A stretch of 64,000 nt of DNA from the IMG/VR virus record IMGVR_UViG_3300042339_001064, positions 16,674 through 80,673 of that record; one strand, written 5' to 3'. Under the pieces are notes generated by a model that was not told the origin of the DNA, made no database searches, and saw only the letters and a program-made list of their open reading frames with translations. Made by a program: the position numbers and the translations under genes. The stretch comes from a virus (Duplodnaviria > Caudoviricetes). Shown here in pieces: positions 57,777-64,000 of the stretch (position 1 is its first letter; the number at the start of each line of letters is the position of its first letter).

Positions 57777-57968
57777 TTAAATTGTGCCAATTTTTTTAAT
57801 TGTGTATACATGTCCTGAATCTGAATTAACTTCAAATCTAGCTCTCATTTCTTCAGCTTCTTCAATTGTATGATACTCTAATACTTCTCCATGAGTGTCT
57901 AAAAGAATAACTGGTAATTCTTTATTTGATTTAGGATCTTTAATTTTTTTAATAATTACATAGTTCAT
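57777..57968 (-). CDS. Hypothetical protein
   Basis: 63-aa ORF with an AT-rich start context. Confidence 0.6.
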   Translation of the reverse strand: MNYVIIKKIKDPKSNKELPVILLDTHGEVLEYHTIEEAEEMRARFEVNSDSGHVYTIKKIGTI

Positions 57969-57978
57969 AAAATTTATT

Positions 57979-58236
57979 TTATTGTTTTAACTTTCTTTTT
58001 GTAGCAGTGTTTAATTTTTTTATTATTGCAGTATTTTCTTTACAATAATAAATTGGAGTAGTACCATCATAATAAACTTTTTCTTTTTTTATATCATTAT
58101 AAGAATAAGGATTTTGTTTAGAAGTATTTAAATACCATGTATTGTATGCTCCATTAATTAACTTTGCTTTTTGTAATTGGTCAGTAATAGATTCTGCAAA
58201 ATTTAACATTCTATTTAATAATTCATTAGGTACCAT
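57979..58236 (-). CDS. Hypothetical protein
   Basis: 85-aa ORF. Confidence 0.55.
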   Translation of the reverse strand: MVPNELLNRMLNFAESITDQLQKAKLINGAYNTWYLNTSKQNPYSYNDIKKEKVYYDGTTPIYYCKENTAIIKKLNTATKRKLKQ

Positions 58237-58239
58237 AAT

Positions 58240-58443
58240 TTATAATTTTTCTATTTCTTTTTTAACTTCTAAATAATATGATGATAAATAAGTTTTGCAA
58301 GCATCTAATATTTCATCAACTGCTATTAATGCACATTCTTTGGCGTTAGGAATTGTTGTTAAATATTTTATTTCATCAAACTTAATCCACGTTGCAACAT
58401 TGTATTTTTGAATTAATTCAAGTGCTTTTTCTTTTGGTGTCAT
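58240..58443 (-). CDS. Small conserved phage protein (MTPKEKA family)
   Basis: 'MTPKEKALEL...AKECALIAVDEIL...YYLEVKKEIEKL'. Confidence 0.7.
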   Translation of the reverse strand: MTPKEKALELIQKYNVATWIKFDEIKYLTTIPNAKECALIAVDEILDACKTYLSSYYLEVKKEIEKL

Positions 58444-58453
58444 AATTTTATTA

Positions 58454-58804
58454 TTAATTTCCTCTTAAATACTCTGATTTCATTTCTTCTTCAAATTCTT
58501 TTTTAATTTGTTTAGGAGAATACTCTGAATCATATTTAGTCTTTTCTAATTCATCAATAAAATTCCATACTTCAAAACAAAATTCATTAAAATCTTGAAT
58601 ATCAATAAAATCTTTACTCATTTCTACTTCTTCATTAATATCAATGTTATAATCACTATTCCAATATAGTGTAACATCAATTGTTTTTGATAAGTTATTA
58701 TAATAAGCAAAGGCTTTTACATTTAATCTAGGATCTAAATTTTCATGTAGACTTATAATTGCTTCTGCAGCACCTTCTAATTTAAATTTTAAATAATCTT
58801 TCAT
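58454..58804 (-). CDS. Acidic hypothetical protein
   Basis: 116-aa ORF, rich in Asp/Glu. Confidence 0.55.
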   Translation of the reverse strand: MKDYLKFKLEGAAEAIISLHENLDPRLNVKAFAYYNNLSKTIDVTLYWNSDYNIDINEEVEMSKDFIDIQDFNEFCFEVWNFIDELEKTKYDSEYSPKQIKKEFEEEMKSEYLRGN

Positions 58805-58827
58805 TTGTTTAATTTTTATTTGTTAAG

Positions 58828-59223
58828 TTAATATGAATATTCTCTAAATCCATTTGGGTAAAATAACCTCATTACTACTTTTTCAGCAAATATAATTTGA
58901 AGATATAACCCAGTATATGTTGTATAATTTAACATTTCATGTACATCATACTTATGTCCTGCGTCAGTATTTGACGTAAATATTGGTTCAACCTGGGTTA
59001 AATAAAAAGTCTCTGTTTGGCCATCTGTGTATATTATCATTAATCCATTATCATTTTCATTATATGACAACTTTGATACTCTTGAAAAATATATTGGCTT
59101 TTCCCCATATTCTTTAAATAAGTATGATTTTGAATAATAATTCCAACCATGGGTTGTTTTAACCATTTGAGAATTTAGTTGCATGGCTATAATAATCATG
59201 CATAATGTAATTAATTTTTTCAT
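58828..59223 (-). CDS. Secreted hypothetical protein
   Basis: MKK + hydrophobic signal peptide ending 'LNSQ' (Bacteroidota-style Gln after the cleavage site). Confidence 0.6.
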   Translation of the reverse strand: MKKLITLCMIIIAMQLNSQMVKTTHGWNYYSKSYLFKEYGEKPIYFSRVSKLSYNENDNGLMIIYTDGQTETFYLTQVEPIFTSNTDAGHKYDVHEMLNYTTYTGLYLQIIFAEKVVMRLFYPNGFREYSY

Positions 59224-59251
59224 GTTTTTTTGTTACTTTTATATTTAATAG

Positions 59252-59452
59252 TTACTTTAAAAACTTATTTTTTTCCTGTCTTATCTGCCAATAGAGCTGA
59301 GTGAAAAAAGTCATTATGCGTCTATTAGAGTTAGCTAATTTTTTTGTTTCAGGATGCAAATCTTGTTCATCTATTACATTATTAACTTTGTAAAAATCAC
59401 TTTCATCAAGTAATTTTATTTGTTCAATTATTTCTTTTATTTTTAAGTCCAT
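59252..59452 (-). CDS. Hypothetical protein
   Basis: 66-aa ORF. Confidence 0.55.
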   Translation of the reverse strand: MDLKIKEIIEQIKLLDESDFYKVNNVIDEQDLHPETKKLANSNRRIMTFFTQLYWQIRQEKNKFLK

Positions 59453-59462
59453 TATTTAATTT

Positions 59463-59684
59463 TTAATCAAGTTTTAATCCTTCATCATTTAGCAATTCAT
59501 GTAGTTTTTCTCGAACCTCTTCTATAGCTTTGTAAGCGTCATCTGATAATGCTTCATGCTTTAATCTAGTGCGTAAATACTGGCTATAATCCCAAACTAT
59601 ACTATACCATTTACTGGCGTTAATACATAACTCTAGTTCGTGTTGTTCTTCAATAGTGTTAAATTCAATTGTTACTTTCGGCAT
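59463..59684 (-). CDS. Small conserved phage protein
   Basis: 'KVTIEFN..E......CINA..W....WD..QYLR..LKH' pattern. Confidence 0.65.
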   Translation of the reverse strand: MPKVTIEFNTIEEQHELELCINASKWYSIVWDYSQYLRTRLKHEALSDDAYKAIEEVREKLHELLNDEGLKLD

Positions 59685-59922
59685 CTTTCATTAATTGTTT
59701 AATATCTGAGATTGTATAAACTTCTTGCTGAGTGTTATCTAAAGCATATACTTTTGTTTCGTCAGGTAAAGATTTAGCCAAATCATTTAGCCACCTACTA
59801 TTACCGCACCTTCTAAAAAATACTTTCTCAAATATATCTGGATTGATGTAGTAGTATATTCCATCTGCATCGCCTAGCTCTATATCAATAGGCTTTTTTG
59901 GTATTCCGAATGTTGTACTCAT
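59665..59922 (-). CDS. Hypothetical protein (likely start MSTTFGIP at 59922)
   Basis: The internal ATG sits just after the upstream stop; 'VYALDNTQQ..TI.D'. Confidence 0.6.
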   Translation of the reverse strand: MSTTFGIPKKPIDIELGDADGIYYYINPDIFEKVFFRRCGNSRWLNDLAKSLPDETKVYALDNTQQEVYTISDIKQLMKDAESNN

Positions 59923-59923
59923 A

Positions 59924-60598
59924 TTATTTCTTTTTAAATTGTTCAAACCAATTGTTTCTTGCTTTTATTTGTTGAGGTATGGTCATATTAAAAAAGTTAG
60001 GCATAGAACATAGCAAATTATATACTTCTTCTTCACTATACATTCTTTCTTGTTGCCATTCAGCACCTGCTATAAAATCATTATAGTACCTATTGTTGTT
60101 ATCTTCTTCTACATACTTTTCAGCAGCTTCTTCTAATGTTTCTTGTTTAGGTTCTTCTTGGGGAATGATGATTTTGTATTCATAATACTCATATCCTGCA
60201 ATACCATCTTTATGTTCTTGAATAGTTCCTGATTTTACTCTGTAATAACTTTCAACCACAATACTCTCACAACTTGGATTCTTAACAAACCACCCCAAAA
60301 ATGTTTCATCAATCTCTTGAATCCCATTTGCAATAAGTTGAGGGTCTGTTGTTAGAATGATTTTTTCACATAAAAGCCCATTATGAAAAGATGTAGTTTT
60401 TTCTACTAAATTTAAAGCTAAATTAAAATGCCAACCTCCTTCTTTAATTTTTTCATCAGAAGTGATGTAAATGTATTGAGGATAACAACCTAGTTCTAAA
60501 TCTTTAGGTAATGTTTGTATTGTTAATTTTATTTGGTTATTAGTGTTTTTTACTATCCTACTTGGTTTGTCCGTTAGTAATATATGTATATTTTTCAT
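59924..60598 (-). CDS. Conserved Bacteroidota-phage modular hypothetical protein
   Basis: 'MKNIHILLTDKPSR', 'KIILTTDPQLI..GIQEIDE.FL.WFVKNPSCE', 'KQETLEEAAE' and 'GAEWQQERMYSEEEV'. Confidence 0.7.
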   Translation of the reverse strand: MKNIHILLTDKPSRIVKNTNNQIKLTIQTLPKDLELGCYPQYIYITSDEKIKEGGWHFNLALNLVEKTTSFHNGLLCEKIILTTDPQLIANGIQEIDETFLGWFVKNPSCESIVVESYYRVKSGTIQEHKDGIAGYEYYEYKIIIPQEEPKQETLEEAAEKYVEEDNNNRYYNDFIAGAEWQQERMYSEEEVYNLLCSMPNFFNMTIPQQIKARNNWFEQFKKK

Positions 60599-60599
60599 A

Positions 60600-60773
60600 T
60601 TAATCTTTTTCTATGTGATTATAAATTAATTGCATTACCCAAGCATTTTCAAACTCATACATTCCGCAGGTTTCACAAGCTTCTTCTTCTGTGGTGTAGT
60701 ATATTGGATTTCCCCAATAATCTTTCATAACTTCCATATTTTTAAGGTCTATAATAACATATTGTCCTTTCAT
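60600..60773 (-). CDS. Small hypothetical protein (57 aa, not in the ORF track)
   Basis: ATG at 60773 to TAA at 60600 encodes MKGQYVIIDLKNMEVMKDYWGNPIYYTTEEEACETCGMYEFENAWVMQLIYNHIEKD and exactly fills the gap. Confidence 0.7.
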   Translation of the reverse strand: MKGQYVIIDLKNMEVMKDYWGNPIYYTTEEEACETCGMYEFENAWVMQLIYNHIEKD

Positions 60774-60775
60774 AA

Positions 60776-60997
60776 TTATTTATCTTTAAATTGTTTATTG
60801 TAATATTCTTCTCCGCAGTCTAAATCAGAATGCGACATTGCATTGCAATTGTGGTAAACAGCTTTAATAATCTGCTCTTTCTCCATTGCTTTGACTTTTT
60901 CAAATACTATAACCCATTCAGACATTGATTTTGCTTTTATTGTTTGGTCTTCTACAATGTTTTGTATTAATAATTCTACTGCTGTGACTTGTTTCAT
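60776..60997 (-). CDS. Small phage protein (MKQxTAV family), copy 2
   Basis: 'MKQVTAVELLI...KAMEKEQI...EEYYNKQF'. Confidence 0.7.
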   Translation of the reverse strand: MKQVTAVELLIQNIVEDQTIKAKSMSEWVIVFEKVKAMEKEQIIKAVYHNCNAMSHSDLDCGEEYYNKQFKDK

Positions 60998-60999
60998 AA

Positions 61000-61206
61000 T
61001 TATTCTGATTTATAAGTTTCTTTGTAGTATTGTTTAAACTCATGTACTGCGCCATCTTCATCTCCTGCATACCAAGCATCTTCCATTTGTTTCTTCTCTA
61101 TTTCTTTTGCTAGTTCAAATAGCTTATAATTCTCACCTTTCAAGCTAACTTCATTTTCAGTTATAAGTTTATTAATTAACCAGTTTACTGCTGTAATTTG
61201 TTTCAT
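61000..61206 (-). CDS. Small phage protein (MKQxTAV family), copy 1
   Basis: 'MKQITAVNWLI...AKEIEKKQM...QYYKETY'. Confidence 0.7.
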   Translation of the reverse strand: MKQITAVNWLINKLITENEVSLKGENYKLFELAKEIEKKQMEDAWYAGDEDGAVHEFKQYYKETYKSE

Positions 61207-61230
61207 TTGTTTTAAATTTTTTTGTTAATA

Positions 61231-61261
61231 AAATAAAAATAGTGGGATTTTACTCCCACTA
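61231..61261 (-). terminator. Intrinsic terminator after the DUF932 gene
   Basis: Minus strand reads TAGTGGGA-gtaaaa-TCCCACTA followed by TTTTTATTT. Confidence 0.75.
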
Positions 61262-61277
61262 CTTTAATTACTTTAAA

Positions 61278-62162
61278 TTAATTTGCAAATGCATGTATTT
61301 GATTAAAAGCAGTTTCATTAATTTTAGCTGCTTGCCCAAGCATTAAGCTTTCTTGAATACTATTTTGACTTTTATTAGGAAACATATTATGGTTAGTGTA
61401 ACGAGTTACTCCATTAAATAATCCCCATAAGTTTTCTCCTTGTGTAGCAAACTCTGTTTCAAAAGATTCATTAATTCTTTTGATTTGATTGCTTTTACGA
61501 GTGCTTATGTCTTCTAAATCTTGTGTATCATCTAATGATACTATAGACTTTAATACAGCATCTATTTGATTAGTAGTAATAGGCTTATCAATCCAAGACT
61601 TAAATTCATCTACCATTAATTTATCTAATAGTAAAGAAGCATTTAAATCTTCTGCCATAACTTCTAATTTCTGATTCATATTTAAGTTATGTCTTACTTT
61701 ATTTAATTGTCTATAAGCTTTATAAAAAGTATTTTGACAAATAATTACTGTTTGTTGTGAACCAAAAGCTACTGCTGTACTACCATCATGAGAATTTAAT
61801 GCGGTAATCCATCTTTCAACTTGAGAAGCACCTATTTCTTCACTCTTTAATGGTAATTGAATATATACTTTTCTACCTTTTAAAAAAACTCCAGCTCTAA
61901 CTTCTTGTAAATTAAAGTCTTGAATGTTTTGTGAAGCAGTTAATACTGTATTAATTAAATCAAAGTTTTGCAAAGGAACATAATTTTTACCATGAGTTCC
62001 TAACCACTCATTTGTATCTGTTCTAAAAATACCAAAAGAATTGGTGGGTAAAATGTCAGTTTCTAAATTAGAAAATAAAGGTAATTTTGTTACGTTCCAA
62101 TTTAATTTAAATTTATTTAGTATATCTAATCCTTGATTAAATATTTCTTCGTTGTTAGTCAT
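61278..62162 (-). CDS. DUF932/DUF945 family protein
   Basis: 'LNWNV.K.PL', 'LGTHGKNYVPLQN', 'NSHDGS', 'VIICQNT', 'RH' and 'NLWGLFNGVTRY..H'. Confidence 0.85.
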   Translation of the reverse strand: MTNNEEIFNQGLDILNKFKLNWNVTKLPLFSNLETDILPTNSFGIFRTDTNEWLGTHGKNYVPLQNFDLINTVLTASQNIQDFNLQEVRAGVFLKGRKVYIQLPLKSEEIGASQVERWITALNSHDGSTAVAFGSQQTVIICQNTFYKAYRQLNKVRHNLNMNQKLEVMAEDLNASLLLDKLMVDEFKSWIDKPITTNQIDAVLKSIVSLDDTQDLEDISTRKSNQIKRINESFETEFATQGENLWGLFNGVTRYTNHNMFPNKSQNSIQESLMLGQAAKINETAFNQIHAFAN

Positions 62163-62172
62163 ATTTAGTTAT

Positions 62173-63180
62173 TTAAAGAAAACAATTGTTTTTTTCAGTT
62201 TCATATTTCATACAAAAATCACATAAATCATTGTGCAAACTACTTTTATATTCATAAGTTAAGCAATTTTTACAATAATAATATTCTTTTTTATAATCCA
62301 TTTCTTCTGATTTGTTAAATGTATAAGAATCTGTTGTGTCAAAAATATAATCATCTTCTAAAATATCATAATTAGTTTTTAAAAAATTATAATTATAGTT
62401 TTTGTATTTATTTTTAGACACTGTTGTATTGTATACATGATAGTATGATTTATGTCCAAAACTAGCAATGATATTTATAACCATATCTAAACAGTTCATT
62501 ACATCTGGAATATTAACATACTCATTTTCCATGTGAGGATTGTAATACCCACAACTAATATTAGCTGCAGAGACAGGTAATCCAATTTCTTTTAAAGCCA
62601 TAACATCTGTCATCATACCATTTTCAAAAGAATATCCATATTTTTTAATTACAGTTATAATGTCATTTTGAAAGTCTTTACTAGATAATTCTACACTTCC
62701 TGCATTAACAATAAAATCACTATTACCTCTTCTATCACATTGTAAAACAAAATTAACATTGTTAAAAAAGTCTATTTCTGCTAGATAAGATCCCTGACAA
62801 CCAACTTCTTCATCTCTGAAAAAGACTAACTTAATATTGTCAAAATGATTTAAACATTGTAAGGCTATAAATATACCTACTTTGTCATCACCACCTACAC
62901 CTGTTTGAGTCATAGTAACATTATTAAATCCTGTAATGTTCTCATTTATAGTTAATAATGATAAATCTTCTACAATAGGGTGAACAGTATCCATATGAGC
63001 TACTACACAAGGGTAAGAGTTAGCATTTCCTTTAGTAATGTATACATTACCATTATCTGTGTAATAAGAAATATTGTTAAATTTAGTAATATATCTTATT
63101 ATAAATGCAAACATTCTCCATTGGTCATAAGAAGAAGTTTGTACTTTTAATACATTTTTTAATTCTTGTAATCTGTTCAT
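62173..63180 (-). CDS. M20/M28-family zinc peptidase-like protein
   Basis: 'VAHMDTVH', 'GGDDKVG', 'DEEVGCQGS', 'QCDRRG', 'TDV' and 'NISCGYYNPH'; C-terminal Zn ribbon CxxC...CxxC. Confidence 0.85.
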   Translation of the reverse strand: MNRLQELKNVLKVQTSSYDQWRMFAFIIRYITKFNNISYYTDNGNVYITKGNANSYPCVVAHMDTVHPIVEDLSLLTINENITGFNNVTMTQTGVGGDDKVGIFIALQCLNHFDNIKLVFFRDEEVGCQGSYLAEIDFFNNVNFVLQCDRRGNSDFIVNAGSVELSSKDFQNDIITVIKKYGYSFENGMMTDVMALKEIGLPVSAANISCGYYNPHMENEYVNIPDVMNCLDMVINIIASFGHKSYYHVYNTTVSKNKYKNYNYNFLKTNYDILEDDYIFDTTDSYTFNKSEEMDYKKEYYYCKNCLTYEYKSSLHNDLCDFCMKYETEKNNCFL

Positions 63181-63199
63181 AATTTTTTTGTTTAATAAT

Positions 63200-64000
63200 T
63201 TATAATTTGTTTACAATATCTTGATGATAATAGTTACCATCAACTTCATAAGCTTCTGATGTTAATATATATGTGCTATGATGTTCAGAAAAAACACAAT
63301 CGTCTTCTAAATAGTATTCTTGATCATATTCAGACCATACACACTCTTCTCTAAGATAGTAATCACCATCAATATAACATATATCTTCACTGTCTTTCCA
63401 ATAATAATTGTCATTAACAAATACAGTATTATCTATATGTGTTCTTTGACCTGCATATTCACCACGATCTATTGTTACTGCATCATCTTCACTTATATGC
63501 TCATCGTTAATTTCATCATAAACATCACCTCCAGATCTTTCACCACCTGTTTCACAATATTCATATTGATAATCACCTTTGTTTGTTAAAAAACCATCAT
63601 CACCATATTGAAAAGTATCTATATAAGGATAAGTGTCAAATTCTGTATCAGTATATATTTTAAACTTTCTATATAAAACATTTCCTTCAGAACTAATAAA
63701 AGCAGTTTTATTATGCATAGATTTATAATCTTGTTTATACCACCATTTATTAGATGTAGCATGTTCTATAAATAAATCATATAAATAATCCTGAGTTACA
63801 TAAACTCTATCCATTAAGATAATTTCTGATCCATCTATTTCTTCATCTATAATAGTCCATACTAATGCTCTACCTGCTAAGTGATGGTTTTGGTTAAATA
63901 AAGCTAAAATTTTTAAATTTTTACAATGAGTGTAAATATCTAAATAATCACTTTTACCATTCATACAAGAATTATTTAAACTTGAACTTCCACTTTCTAA
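63200..64000 (-). CDS. Conserved phage protein with acidic C-terminal repeats (5'-truncated by window edge)
   Basis: The frame is open to base 64000 (…LESGSSSLNNSCM…). Motifs 'SCM', 'GRALVW', 'MDRVY' and 'YPYIDTF', followed by D/E/Y-rich repeats. Confidence 0.65.
   Translation of the reverse strand, partial: LESGSSSLNNSCMNGKSDYLDIYTHCKNLKILALFNQNHHLAGRALVWTIIDEEIDGSEIILMDRVYVTQDYLYDLFIEHATSNKWWYKQDYKSMHNKTAFISSEGNVLYRKFKIYTDTEFDTYPYIDTFQYGDDGFLTNKGDYQYEYCETGGERSGGDVYDEINDEHISEDDAVTIDRGEYAGQRTHIDNTVFVNDNYYWKDSEDICYIDGDYYLREECVWSEYDQEYYLEDDCVFSEHHSTYILTSEAYEVDGNYYHQDIVNKL

Noticed and set aside
42259-63589. Plus-strand ORFs at 42259, 44335, 47883, 48023 and 63320
   Set aside because: Antisense shadows of well-supported minus-strand genes.
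1-64000. Stop-codon reassignment (TAG/TGA), known in some crAss-like phages
   Set aside because: Standard-code translation gives intact giant ORFs and dense gene packing. TAG ends polA and TGA ends small genes at sensible positions.
1-64000. CRISPR array, tRNAs, integrase/IS, DGR reverse transcriptase
   Set aside because: No regularly spaced repeats, cloverleafs, recombinase or RT motifs were seen by eye. Intergenic gaps are short and AT-rich.

Overview
This window is a 64-kb slice of a very AT-rich lytic phage genome of the crAss-like type (Crassvirales or a relative). The host is most likely Bacteroidota/Flavobacteriia, based on SD-less AT-rich start contexts, TAnnTTTG promoter boxes and a Flavobacterium-type class Id RNR. 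There are two convergent gene arms that meet at a bidirectional terminator at about 38.45 kb. The + arm (1-38395) is the virion/ejectosome block. It holds a 5'-truncated tail muzzle/stabilization protein, three Cys-free cargo proteins (1725, 914 and 440 aa) and three giant proteins. The giants are 2530 aa (with a PD-(D/E)xK nuclease), 3439 aa (virion RNA polymerase with a DMDID motif, plus fused RNase H and zincin domains) and 2252 aa (two zincin-like domains and TM segments). The - arm (38516-64000) carries a SET methyltransferase, an SplB-like radical SAM enzyme, class Id RNR, dNMP kinase, primase, SSB, Sak4-like ATPase, DnaB, PolA, exonuclease, SF2 helicase, a lytic transglycosylase, many small early ORFs, DUF932 and an M20/M28 peptidase. 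Three observations stand out. (1) The only four cysteines I find in the ~8200 aa of the three giant proteins sit at their adjoining termini in gene order, suggesting a head-to-tail disulfide-linked ejection chain. (2) Two cargo proteins are strings of modules punctuated by about 25 phi-x-x-G-G motifs, suggesting polyprotein processing and cassette exchange. (3) An RNase H with all catalytic residues is fused to the virion RNAP. All calls come from reading motifs by eye; no database searches were run.
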